A stretch of DNA of 61,857 nucleotides, filler included. It is 4 parts of 4 records of this genome, joined end to end, with 100 filler letters (N's around TTAATTAATTAA, not from the genome) between each part and the next. Parts side by side here need not be neighbours in the genome. Positions count along the whole stretch, not along the records: positions 29,732 to 54,185 come from SRR22947725_4147; 3 more parts are not named here. One strand, written 5' to 3'. The position numbers and the translations under genes were made by a program. Each line of letters opens with the position of its first letter. Positions within the stretch are counted from its first letter, which is position 1. Below the pieces are notes generated by a model, which had not been told where the DNA came from, did not search any database, and worked only from the letters and a program-made list of their open reading frames with translations. Below are positions 29,632 through 40,016 of this stretch, in pieces.

Positions 29632-29731
29632 NNNNNNNNNNNNNNNNNNNNNNNNNNNNNNNNNNNNNNNNNNNNTTAATTAATTAANNNNNNNNNNNNN
29701 NNNNNNNNNNNNNNNNNNNNNNNNNNNNNNN
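29632..29731. other. Artificial contig linker
   Basis: Same 100-nt N/TTAATTAATTAA/N pattern; AT-rich to GC-rich switch. Confidence 0.98.
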
Positions 29732-29919
29732 CACCGGCTTCAGCACCGGCTTCAGCACCGGTCGCACTCGCCGCACCCGCCGGACCGACCATCGCACCAT
29801 CCGCGTAGGGGACCTCGGGCAGCGTGCAGAGGGTTGGATGTTTCTCGACGAGGTTGCCCCCTTCACATTTTTTACAGTGGCATTGTACCAGCAAGGATCA
29901 GACAACAGCAGGAATCGCT

Positions 29920-30500
29920 ATGGTACGTCCCGTTGTCCGCCGACCGTGTGGTGGTGGACGGGCACGCCGGGGCACGGCTCCGACTCCCATTCGAATCCTT
30001 CTCGATGCTGCCCGCTCATTCGTACCGCCTGCACGCTCACCGCTCGTCACGCCGTCCTACACAGTCATTCTTTCAGCGTGTCATGCACTACGTGATCAAC
30101 GAGGTGCTGGTGGACACGCTTGCCAACAGCAAAACGTTCCAGCGCTTTGCCGTCCGGTCCAACGTACGTGGTCCTCTCTCTCTCTCTCTTTCTCTCTGCA
30201 TCTCTGCATCTCTCTGTTTCTCGGGATCGTGCCCGCTCGCGCGTGCGCTCGACACCCTGTGCGTCTGTCGGCGGTCGTCGATGCGCGGGCGCGCGCTGTG
30301 CAGGCCTCGCCCGGGCGACCCTGCCCCGCGGTCTCCCTCCCGTCTCTTGGCTCACCCACCTCATTCGTTCCTCGTCATAGGCGTATTTTTCGGATGTTTC
30401 CAAGAAAGGCTTGGATCATAAGGAGGGCATTGCTGATAAATCTGGGGAGTTTCTCCGCGCGCTGCGGGAAGAGCTCCGGAATCCAGGATCCAAGACGTAG
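29920..30500 (+). CDS. Small 73-aa spliced protein, NCBP2-AS2-like family (exons 29920-29922, 30065-30163, 30381-30500)
   Basis: ATG|GTACGT..CAG and GTACGT..TAG introns give MSFFQRVMHYVINEVLVDTLANSKTFQRFAVRSNAYFSDVSKK...PGSKT*; TGTAA at 30525-30529. Confidence 0.75.
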
Positions 30501-30566
30501 GGTAATTGTGGACGAGCTGGCTTGTGTAACGAATGAATCACATTATGATCTACAGAGGACGTGAGG

Positions 30567-31931
30567 TCAGCCCCGTTGCCACCTCTGAGCATAATTGACC
30601 AGCGCCTCCCGGTACTGCTCGAACCGCCCATCTCGAATGGCGCTCCGGACCCCAGTGAAAAACCGAAGCATGTGGAAAATGTTATGTTGCTCTAAGAGCA
30701 CATGCGCCGTCATCTCGTGCGTCACGAGCAAGTGGTGGATGTACCCTCTCGAATGTTCCTGGCACGACGGGCACAGGCAGTCGTCCACCAATGGGGACCG
30801 GTCCAGCTTGTACGAATCTGCCCATAGATTGATCTTCATCCCGTCATAACCCGCGCAATCAAACGCGTGCGTAGCGTCTGAATCATCAAACGACATCGCC
30901 GAAGGGTCACCCGGCGCACGCGCGCGGACGCCGCCGTCAGCGTCCGTCGGGAAGCACAGCGCGAGCCCCGCCCTCGTTGCCAGATCAACAAAGCCCGCAT
31001 CAAACACATCCACGCCACATCTCACTGCCTCAAGTATCTCAATCGGATTGGATACACCGGAAACCATCCGAAGCTTGTCCTTGGGCACGCGGGCAACGAC
31101 CTCCCGCAATATCTCCTGCCGAATGCCCACCGATTCCCCCGTCCCCAGGCCCGACACGTACACCCCGTGCACCCGAGGATCTTGCACGTATGGCATGTAC
31201 TTGATCGCATCCCGCCGCTTATCAATCGTTCCCCCGCCCACAATAGGACAGAGGAGAAAGGGCAGCTGATTCCTCCCCTCCAGCCACGAGAGTGCCCGCT
31301 GCATCCAAACAATCGTCCGCTTGGACGATTCCACCAGACGGTTCACCCGTGCATCCGCCACCACTTCATCCCCCAGCGCCACCACGATATCCGCGCCCAC
31401 AGCGCACGCCGTCTCCATGTACTCCTCTGGCGCCATCCACGCAGCGCCCTGCGACGTCATGAACGACGCCCGCTCATCCGTCGATTGCCGCGTCATTCCC
31501 ACATAATCGTACGAAGTCGGGTTACGCGGCGTCGCAACCAGGACATTGTCGTCCGGAACGCCCAGAAAGGCTCTGGCCGTGGGCACGGGCTGAGACAGCG
31601 CCCTTGACGAGGACAGAAAGCTCCGGATATTTGCCTGCTGGTGTATCAACTGCAGCACATCCAGCTGGTATGCAACCGCAGAGGAAGTTGACCTCGTATC
31701 CAGGGCGCTGATGCGCTCCCCGATGCGCTGCAAGGCGTCCCACGTCACGTTCCGTGCACACCCTCTCCCGGCATACACGAGCAGACATGGCGTGTGGAGC
31801 GTCTTCTGATTGGGCAGCGATGCGACGCCCAGACGAGGCCCGGCCCCTGCGCTCGGGGATGCCCGGTCGTCGGGCCCCGAGTCCTCGGCCAGCACGGAAA
31901 AGCCCAACGTGCTCGGCATGGTTTCATGCAT
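30567..31931 (-). CDS. QTRT2: Queuine tRNA-ribosyltransferase accessory subunit
   Basis: TGT fold with CLCPSC..H..HN zinc site, but lacking the catalytic DSGG motif. Confidence 0.85.
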   Translation of the reverse strand: MHETMPSTLGFSVLAEDSGPDDRASPSAGAGPRLGVASLPNQKTLHTPCLLVYAGRGCARNVTWDALQRIGERISALDTRSTSSAVAYQLDVLQLIHQQANIRSFLSSSRALSQPVPTARAFLGVPDDNVLVATPRNPTSYDYVGMTRQSTDERASFMTSQGAAWMAPEEYMETACAVGADIVVALGDEVVADARVNRLVESSKRTIVWMQRALSWLEGRNQLPFLLCPIVGGGTIDKRRDAIKYMPYVQDPRVHGVYVSGLGTGESVGIRQEILREVVARVPKDKLRMVSGVSNPIEILEAVRCGVDVFDAGFVDLATRAGLALCFPTDADGGVRARAPGDPSAMSFDDSDATHAFDCAGYDGMKINLWADSYKLDRSPLVDDCLCPSCQEHSRGYIHHLLVTHEMTAHVLLEQHNIFHMLRFFTGVRSAIRDGRFEQYREALVNYAQRWQRG

Positions 31932-32154
31932 CCGACCGGATGGGTGCCTCCCTGGGTTATACCTCGCACCGAGCCCACACAGGCGGTTGTATTCAACCCG
32001 ATCAGCACGCCCGCACGCAACGACAGAAGGCTGCCCGGAAGCCCACTCAATTTCAAGTCTTCGAAGAGTTCGAATTGGAAGGCCTTCACACGTCGGTGTG
32101 AGAGTTTTTTCTGCCTATTTCTCGTCGTTACGCCTCGAGAGGAGCAGTGCAAAC

Positions 32155-34089
32155 ATGAGTCTGGCGTTCGATGAGTACGGGCGTCCGTTCATCATCATCC
32201 GGGTACGTGCTCGTGGTCGGCGTGATCCGTCCGGCGTCGCTGGATTCCCCGTATTCCCCGTATTTCGCCCTTCTCTCCTCCCCTACCTCTTCGTCCACGT
32301 TCTGTGCCGATGCGTGGTTGTATCCCTTTGATTTCCGTCGCAGCGAACGAGACACGGGGCGTGACGGCGGCGTGTGTGTTCCCGCGTTCTGAAAACGCCC
32401 CATCTTGACCCGAGCGGACAACCCCCCTCTCACCCTGCGCCGACGCGTGCCGGTCTTTCGCTTCTGTAGGATCAGGAGAACAAGGAGCGGGTCAAGGGTC
32501 TGGATGCGGTGAAGGCCAATATCCAGGCGGCAAAGGCGGTGTCACGGGTCCTGCGAACCTCGCTCGGCCCAAAGGGAATGGACAAGATGCTGCAGTCGCC
32601 AGACGGGGATGTGATCATCACGAACGACGGGGCGACGATTTTGGACCAGATGGAGGTAGAGAATCAGATTGGAAAGTTGCTGGTGGAGTTGAGCAGGTCG
32701 CAGGATCAGGAGATTGGGGATGGGACGACGGGGGTCACGGTGCTGGCTGGGAGTTTGCTGGAGCACGCGGAGGGTCTGCTGGACCAGGGTTTGCATCCAC
32801 TGCGTATTGCAGAGGGATATGAGATGGCATGCAAGGTGGCGATCAAAAAGTTGGAGGAGATTGCGGGCAGGTTTGAGGTGTCCTTGGACGGGGCTGAGGA
32901 CGCTCGTGGGTCGGACGTCGGGTCGGACCGGCGTCAGGCGGGGCGCCCGGAGGCGCTGGTGAAAACATGTATGACGACGTTGTCGTCGAAGATCGTGGGT
33001 CGGTGCAAGCGGCAGTTGGCAGAGATGTGCGTGGACGCCGTGCTCGATGTGGCGGATCTGAAACGGAAAGATGTGAACCTGGACCTCATCAAGCTCGAAG
33101 GGAAGAGCGGAGGGCGCCTAGAGGACTCATCGCTGGTGCAGGGTATTCTCCTCGATAAGGAGTTCAGCCACCCGCAGATGCCCAAGGTGCTGACGGATGT
33201 CAAGATTGCGATCTTGACGTGTCCGTTCGAGCCGCCCAAGCCGAAGATCAAGCATAAAATAGACATCGACAGCGTCGAGAAGTTTGAGGCGCTGCGGGAG
33301 CAGGAGCAACAGTACTTCCGGGACATGGTGAAGCGGTGCAAGGATTCGGGGGCTGGGTTGATCGTCTGCCAGTGGGGTTTCGACGACGAGGCCAACCATT
33401 TGCTGATGCATAACGACCTTCCAGCAGTCCGATGGGTTGGAGGCGTGGAGATTGAGCTCCTTGCGCTGGCCACCGGCGCTCGTATCGTGCCGAGGTTCGA
33501 GGAGCTTACCCCGGACAAGCTCGGTTTTGCCAAGACGGTGCGAGAAGTCGGGTTTGGCACGACGCACGACACGCAGCTGGTCGTCGAGGGATGCAAGAAT
33601 ACCAACGCGGTCAGCATTTTCGTGCGCGGTGGCAACAAGATGATCGTCGAGGAGACCAAGCGGTCCCTGCACGACGCCCTGTGCGTCGCAAGGAACCTGG
33701 TCAGGGATAACCGAATCGTGTATGGCGGCGGGGCGGCCGAGATGGCTTGCTCATTGGCAATCCAGGGCGTTGCAGACACCGTCCCGGGCATCGAGCAGTG
33801 GGGTCTGAGGGCATTCGCGGACGCCCTGGACGTCGTCCCGCTCTCGCTTGCTGAAAACGCGGGACTGTCCCCCATCGAATCCGTGGCGGCGGTCAAAGCA
33901 AGGCAACTCAAGGAGGAAAATCCCTTCCTTGGCATTGACTGCATCGGTGTTGGCACGAACGACATGTCCGACGAGCGTCAGCAGGTATTCGAGACGCTGA
34001 TTGGGAAGAAACAGCAGCTCTTCCTGGCAACACAGGTGACAAAGATGATTCTCAAAATCGACGATATCATCGCGCCCAGCGACTACTAG
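32155..34089 (+). CDS. CCT5: T-complex protein 1 subunit epsilon (exons 32155-32202, 32470-34089)
   Basis: [21 protein letters not shown]..; GT-AG intron 32203-32469; [34 protein letters not shown]. Confidence 0.96.
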
Positions 34090-34181
34090 TATAATACACA
34101 GTAAGGCCTAACAGGAACCATTAAACCGCGTGCTAGAAACCGAGGTGTCGCTGCGGGAAAACGCGTTTCCGACACATTTCG

Positions 34182-36038
34182 ATGGCCGACGAAAGACGCC
34201 GTTTGGCTGTGCTCAGCGGCCACGTGGTTGCCTCGAACGGTATGGGGCAATCACCACGTGACATTCAGCGATGGTTGGTTCGGGACAATGCAGAGCTGAG
34301 GGAGGCCATCTTTCGGTTCTTCGGTGAGCACGCTGACGTGTACGGCCCGGCGTACGAGTTGAGTCTCCCTGCGTTTCGGGCGTTGACCATGAAGCGGGTC
34401 AAGCTGTTTGTCTCCCAGGGCTTTTTCAAGACGATGGACTACGTGGATGACCCGCTGAGGTTCCAGGCCGCGTTGGAATGCCTCGCGTTCTGCGACTACT
34501 CAATGGCCATCAAGAGCGGCGTTCACTTTACGTTATGTGGAGGGACGATAGTCAAGCTGGGAACGAGCAAGCACCACGCGGCGTATCTACGAAAGATGGA
34601 CACGTTGGAGCTTCCAGGGTGCTTTGGCATGACGGAGCTCGGGCACGGGTCGAATGTGATGGGGATCGAGACCACGGCTGTGTTCACACCGGCAAACGGC
34701 GGGGGGTTTGTGTTGCGCACGCCAAGCAACGAGGCGAGCAAGTTCTGGATCGGGGGGGCAGGGGAGACTGCAAAAATCTGCTGTGTGTTTGCTCAGCTGA
34801 CGATTCATGGGAAATGGGAGGGGCCCCACGTCTTTGTCGTCCGCCTTCGGGATGATCACGGGATGCTGATGCCGAACGTGCGAATCAAGGACAACGGGCC
34901 GAAGCAGGGACTGAATGGCGTCGACAACGGCCAAATTTGGCTCGACGATGTGTGGGTCCCGCTTGATGCGTTGCTGGATAGGTATGCGACTGTGGACGTG
35001 CAGGGCAGGTACTCGTCGCCGATTGCCGACCCGGCAACGAGGTTCGGGACGATGATCTCGGGACTGACGACGGGGCGCATGCTCATCGCTCAAGCTGCGG
35101 TTGATGCGTGCAAGTCTGGCGTGACGATCGCGCTGAGATATTCTTGCGCCCGGCCGCAGTTTGGGTCCAGGTTTATCATTGAATACATCACGCAGCAGCG
35201 TCGGATCTTTCCCGCGCTCGCAACGACGTACGCCATGCATCTTGCGCTCGGCACCTGCAAGAATCTGGGTTTGAGCGGAAAAGGCGATCCAAAGACGGCG
35301 CAGATGAACGCCAAACAGGTGCACGTGCTGTCCTCTGGGCTCAAGGCAGCGGCGACCTGGCATCGGGTGCGGATATTGCAAGACTGCCGGGAGTGCTGCG
35401 GAGGCATGGGATTCCTGGCCATTAACAAGATCGGCCCGATGCTGAACGATATGAACGTTGATGTCACATTCGAGGGCGACAACACGGTGATGATGCAGCA
35501 GGTGAGCAAGGCGCTCATGGATGCATTTGGAAAGGAGCGGCCGACGGTGGCCGTGCCGGTGATCAACCAGATGGACATCGGTCCTGGATGCGCGGGAAAA
35601 CTACTCAAATGGCGTGAACAGATCCTCACGCGTCAGGCCGCCGAGGAGGCGTCCGCTGGCTCGTACGAAGGCGTCATGGACATTGCCGTCGCAGTCGGGT
35701 GGGCTTGGGTGGACGCGGTGAGTTACGCCACCTTCCGCCAGGAAATACGAACTGCGCCCGCGGCGTGGCGCGAGCCCCTCGAGCGCCTCTGCCTTCTCTA
35801 CGGACTCTGCTCTGTGGAAAACCATCTCGCGACCTACCTCGAGCATGGCGTGCTGCAACCTCGGGCGGTGCCGGTGCTGCGCAGGAAGATCAACGACCTC
35901 TGCGGCTATTTTGCTAAGGATGGAGCCGCCGTTGCCCTGAGTCTTTGCGACGGCTTCGGGATACCCTCTCATCTCCTCCAGGCCCCCATCGCCTTGGGCG
36001 GCGGCCGCGGAGGGTGGCATGATATCGGTCTCAGCTGA
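34182..36038 (+). CDS. ACX: Peroxisomal acyl-CoA oxidase
   Basis: PTS2-like RLAVLSGHV, MTELGHGSNV, KFWIG, GLNGVDNG, CRECCGGMG, TFEGDNTV. Confidence 0.92.
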   Translation: MADERRRLAVLSGHVVASNGMGQSPRDIQRWLVRDNAELREAIFRFFGEHADVYGPAYELSLPAFRALTMKRVKLFVSQGFFKTMDYVDDPLRFQAALECLAFCDYSMAIKSGVHFTLCGGTIVKLGTSKHHAAYLRKMDTLELPGCFGMTELGHGSNVMGIETTAVFTPANGGGFVLRTPSNEASKFWIGGAGETAKICCVFAQLTIHGKWEGPHVFVVRLRDDHGMLMPNVRIKDNGPKQGLNGVDNGQIWLDDVWVPLDALLDRYATVDVQGRYSSPIADPATRFGTMISGLTTGRMLIAQAAVDACKSGVTIALRYSCARPQFGSRFIIEYITQQRRIFPALATTYAMHLALGTCKNLGLSGKGDPKTAQMNAKQVHVLSSGLKAAATWHRVRILQDCRECCGGMGFLAINKIGPMLNDMNVDVTFEGDNTVMMQQVSKALMDAFGKERPTVAVPVINQMDIGPGCAGKLLKWREQILTRQAAEEASAGSYEGVMDIAVAVGWAWVDAVSYATFRQEIRTAPAAWREPLERLCLLYGLCSVENHLATYLEHGVLQPRAVPVLRRKINDLCGYFAKDGAAVALSLCDGFGIPSHLLQAPIALGGGRGGWHDIGLS

Positions 36039-36093
36039 GGCAGCTTCCATATGTCTTATCATCATGATCATGTCTAAACTGTGCGTTTCCCGT

Positions 36094-36624
36094 TCAAGTG
36101 TCTCCTGACGCCCTCAACAATGTGACGTGATTGAGCATCTTTCGCAACGGCCCATACACCCTTTCGGCGGGTTCGCGTTGCAAGTCCCCCCACGTGCGCC
36201 AAGTCCACGGAGCGTGCTTCTCAGGCTCCATATTGCGCACCTCCTGCTTTTTCTCCGCCGGGCAGCGGACCAGGAGAAGGGTCACGACCCAGTCTGGTTC
36301 GTTGAGCGTGTGCACGACGCGGAACGCACCCGCTGGAAACACGAGGCCGGTCTCCTCCTCGAGTTCCCGCGCAGCCGCGTGCGCAAGACTGGCGTCGCCA
36401 GCCTCCACTTTGCCACCGGGGAGCGCCAGCAGGCCCTGCTCTTGGACTCGGCCGCTCACGAGCACGCAAGTGGTGTCATCCTCGGGCTCCTCCCCTCCCC
36501 GCGGTCGCCCGCCTCGCCTCAACGACTCTTCGTCTGCCACCAGGACGGCCACCGCCCTGCACGGGGGCGATGGCCCCATATCCAAGATATTCAGGTCAAC
36601 TGACCTCGGCCAGTGAAAATTCAA
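36094..36624 (-). CDS. Nudix hydrolase (NUDT15/NUDX1-like)
   Basis: Nudix box GGKVE..AARELEEETGL and NMEPEK motif; start uncertain. Confidence 0.8.
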   Translation of the reverse strand: MNFHWPRSVDLNILDMGPSPPCRAVAVLVADEESLRRGGRPRGGEEPEDDTTCVLVSGRVQEQGLLALPGGKVEAGDASLAHAAARELEEETGLVFPAGAFRVVHTLNEPDWVVTLLLVRCPAEKKQEVRNMEPEKHAPWTWRTWGDLQREPAERVYGPLRKMLNHVTLLRASGDT

Positions 36625-36665
36625 AATTCAAACTTTCGTGAGAGTCGCCGACCGTTCTCAGCCGA

Positions 36666-38810
36666 ATGAGCTCTGCAGCGGTTCGCACGTGGCTTCAGAG
36701 GCAGCTTCAGTCATCTGGAATCCAGATCGAGTCAGCAGCGCTCAAGCTACTGGCACGCTCCCTGGATGAAATAACCAATTCGACGCAGGCCGAGGCCGAG
36801 GCCGCCTCGCCGGAGCGTCTGCTGTCTGCGCTGCTGGATGACGTTGAAACGAGGACAGACGACCGGAAGTTGACGGTGTCGTTCGTGGAGGACTTTCTCC
36901 AGCGCTGGTTGCAGGGCAACCAGGACGCTGAGATCGAAGTTGTTGACGCCTTTGACGTGCCGTTGGTGCAGTACGATCCGGTTCGGCACCAATGGTTCCA
37001 GCAGAAGTCGACGCGTAGCGTGGTCGGAAACATCAAGAGCAAGACTCAGCTGTACGAGGACAGGTTTCTGCTGATTCAGCAGCGGTTGAAGAGGAACACC
37101 CTGTTCCGGCCGTCCAAGTGGGCAACGGGTGCGGGGCCGGCAGGGCACGGCGCCGGCCCAGGAAGTGTCGGAAAAGGCGACGAGAGCGAGCGTGACGCTT
37201 TCCATGGAGCGTCGTCTGCAGAACTGATCGAGCTCAAGGCGTTACTGGGGCACGAGCGACAGCGGCGGTTCGTCTGCGGCTTTTTGACCAAGCACGAGGA
37301 AGGGCAGTACTTTATCGAGGACCTGTCGGCTAGGCTCCCGATTGACTTGAGCGGGTGTGATACTGTCGATGGCCTGTTCACGGAGAATTGCGTCGTGGTG
37401 GCAGAGGGAGAGCTTCAGCCAAGCGGCGAGTTTCGGGCCGTGGCGCTGGGTCTTCCCCCTGCAGAATCCAGGGAAGACAGCATTGACGCACTCCAGGGGC
37501 ATGATACCTTCGGAGGACGGCCTACCGGTCAGTTTGAAGAGGCAGACCGGGCGCAAGAGGACGACGGGGACCGCATCGTGGTGCTGTCGAATGTGCACCT
37601 CGACGACCCGAGGGTCATGGAAAATCTGGCGATAGTTTTGGATGGGTTCTCGGCGTCCCCTAAGGCGCCAAGCGCGTTTGTACTTATGGGAAACTTCCAG
37701 ACGTTTGACGCCAACGGGCCACGGTCAAAGCTCTCCAAATTAAAGGAGAACTTCACCAGGCTCGGCAGGCTGCTTCGGGGCTACCCCAGGATCGTCTCGG
37801 AATCCCAGATCATCCTCGTCCCCGGCCCCAAAGATATCGGCTCCGGCACGGCGCTGCCTCGTCGGGGCATCCCGCTGCCGCTCGTGGAAGGATTGCGGGA
37901 AGTAGTACCAGGCGTCATCATATCCAGCAACCCGTGCAGGATCCGCTTCCGCGGCGCAGAGCTCGCGCTGTTTAGGTCTGATCTGCAGCAAAAGTTGCGC
38001 GGCCTGTGCATTCTGCCGCCGCCTATGCCCAAGGACGGCGAACTTGGGGAGCATGGCGCTGGCAACGACGACTTTGACGCACGGCAGCGGAACCACGCAT
38101 CGTTCTTCTTCGACCAGACGTGCAGCACGGTGATTCAAGAGTCTCACATGTGTCCTGTGCCCCTCGAGTATCAGCCCATCGCGTGGGAGTTTGATCACGC
38201 CATGTACATCTACCCAAACCCCCACGGACTCGTGCTCGCAGACAGCGAGCCGGCCGCCCGGAGCATTTTCGATACGTGCGACTGCCTGAACCCGGGTTCC
38301 CTTGCATTGGGAACCTTTGGTGCGTGGAATCCGGCGTCCAGGGAGATGGAATTGTGCGATGTGAACGCCACCAGCGTGGCCTATGATGAGTTCGCCAGGG
38401 AACTGGACATTGGCAACCGTGACGCGGCAGACATATCGGACGGGTTGGACGGGTTGGACGAGTTGGACGAGTTGGACGGGTTAGATGGGTCGGGAAAATT
38501 AGACGGTTTGGAGAACGTGGATCTTGTCGACGTTGATGATCTCGCCAAGACTGGTGCGGAGGAAGCCGGCATCTCTCCTGCCGGAGGGTCGTCTCCATCA
38601 GACAGCTGCGACGAGGGGGAGGCCGGTGGGATGTTCGAGGTTGAAGACGGGGAGCAGGAGCATGGACCCGAGCTGACAGCTGCAGAGCAGTACGATGCCT
38701 TGCTGGCCGCCGAGGAAGCAGGCCACGACTCCGAGGAGGCGGACCACTCGGCCTCTGGGGAAGAAAACGATGTGTTCACTCTCCCGCCCGAAGACGACGA
38801 AGAAGAGTGA
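36666..38810 (+). CDS. DPB2: DNA polymerase epsilon subunit B
   Basis: IEDLS, GLFTENCVVVAEG, FVLMGNF, VPGPKD, SNPCRI, NPGS; long acidic tail. Confidence 0.92.
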   Translation: MSSAAVRTWLQRQLQSSGIQIESAALKLLARSLDEITNSTQAEAEAASPERLLSALLDDVETRTDDRKLTVSFVEDFLQRWLQGNQDAEIEVVDAFDVPLVQYDPVRHQWFQQKSTRSVVGNIKSKTQLYEDRFLLIQQRLKRNTLFRPSKWATGAGPAGHGAGPGSVGKGDESERDAFHGASSAELIELKALLGHERQRRFVCGFLTKHEEGQYFIEDLSARLPIDLSGCDTVDGLFTENCVVVAEGELQPSGEFRAVALGLPPAESREDSIDALQGHDTFGGRPTGQFEEADRAQEDDGDRIVVLSNVHLDDPRVMENLAIVLDGFSASPKAPSAFVLMGNFQTFDANGPRSKLSKLKENFTRLGRLLRGYPRIVSESQIILVPGPKDIGSGTALPRRGIPLPLVEGLREVVPGVIISSNPCRIRFRGAELALFRSDLQQKLRGLCILPPPMPKDGELGEHGAGNDDFDARQRNHASFFFDQTCSTVIQESHMCPVPLEYQPIAWEFDHAMYIYPNPHGLVLADSEPAARSIFDTCDCLNPGSLALGTFGAWNPASREMELCDVNATSVAYDEFARELDIGNRDAADISDGLDGLDELDELDGLDGSGKLDGLENVDLVDVDDLAKTGAEEAGISPAGGSSPSDSCDEGEAGGMFEVEDGEQEHGPELTAAEQYDALLAAEEAGHDSEEADHSASGEENDVFTLPPEDDEEE
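38439..38492 (+). repeat. 9-bp coding tandem repeat (GACGRGTTG) encoding DGL/DEL
   Basis: About six units, the last two degenerate, in the DPB2 acidic tail. Confidence 0.85.
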
Positions 38811-39023
38811 GCTTTTTGTTATCTTCTAGTTACATATTCAAATCTTGCCCTCGATACGCACCAGCGGCCCCAGCGGTTGCTGAACCGGCACAAATTGCCG
38901 ACAAACGTCGCGGGAATTTCAAAATTGCAATTCGCGAATTCGCCGATCGGCGAATAACCCTCCACCGCGCTATCTCGCCATTGGAGACGTATCTAAGTGC
39001 ATATATATAGCTCTATAGACAAT

Positions 39024-39917
39024 ATGGATGGCGGGGGAACCTCCAAAGGCTGGGACCGTGGGAACGAGCCCTCGACGTCCCGGCCCGTCAAGCAGCCGGC
39101 TTCGGCACCTCCACCTCGCAAGGCCGTTCCACCTGGCTATCTGCACGACCTGCTCCATTCCCGGCACCTGATGAAAACGGTAGGCCTCCGAAAGCAATCG
39201 GAGAGAAATATGATCCCAAACCCCCTGGCCAACGTGCCCATCAAGGCGTCGAGGAGTCACCATGGACACCAGCGGGCGTCCAAGGCCTCCACACCGAAGC
39301 TCCCCGAGCTGTTCCACCAGAGAAAGATGTACCTAGATCGTCGGAAGTGCGCCACGATCAAATCAAGGCCGCGACGGAGGGACGCCGAAGTCGGCGCGAG
39401 TGCAGGAGCCAACGATCAAAACACTGGGAACACGGTGCCGGATGCAGACGCTATGAATCTGCTGTCTCTCCCGGAGGAGCTTTTGCTGAAGATTGTGTGC
39501 TACCTGACGCACGAAGAAGCAAAACCCTTGTTCCTGGTCTGCAAAGAGCTCTGCGAGATTCTGCAGAACGCTATACAGTTCCACTTCAACTTCGCGACAC
39601 CAACCGCCGGGGCGGCCTCCAAGGGCGAACAGATCAGGGAGAACAGCAAGATATTGATGCCATTCGCTCGGCGCCCGCAGAAAAAACGTGCCGTGACCGC
39701 GTACGCCGACGTGCTTGGCCACCTGAAACGGGGCGGCCAGCGAAACGTGATTGAGAAAGAGGGGCCCACCAGTAGCACGCAGAGCCTCGCCGCGCCCAGA
39801 GCGCTGATGTTCAACACGCCCCAGACGACGCCGACCAGCCTCCAGCAGCAGCTCCCCGCGCTCTCCGGCGTGTCCACCGAGGCGGCCCCCACGCCCATCA
39901 AGCGACGCAAAAGATAG
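39024..39917 (+). CDS. F-box protein, FBS/SKIP27-like
   Basis: LLSLPEELLLKIVCYL..LFLVCK F-box followed by HFNFATP; C-terminal KRRKR NLS-like motif. Confidence 0.7.
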   Translation: MDGGGTSKGWDRGNEPSTSRPVKQPASAPPPRKAVPPGYLHDLLHSRHLMKTVGLRKQSERNMIPNPLANVPIKASRSHHGHQRASKASTPKLPELFHQRKMYLDRRKCATIKSRPRRRDAEVGASAGANDQNTGNTVPDADAMNLLSLPEELLLKIVCYLTHEEAKPLFLVCKELCEILQNAIQFHFNFATPTAGAASKGEQIRENSKILMPFARRPQKKRAVTAYADVLGHLKRGGQRNVIEKEGPTSSTQSLAAPRALMFNTPQTTPTSLQQQLPALSGVSTEAAPTPIKRRKR

Positions 39918-40016
39918 TGCATTTTTTTACGGAGGAGAATCAACTTTGACACGGTGACGACGTAAACTCTCTCTCTATCTCTCTCTCCTCCTTGTTCCTG
40001 GATGACCTCGCGCACG

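Noticed and set aside
29732..29894. Minus-strand ORF with AEAG repeats at the contig edge
   Set aside because: May be the start of a truncated gene but too short and low-complexity to call.
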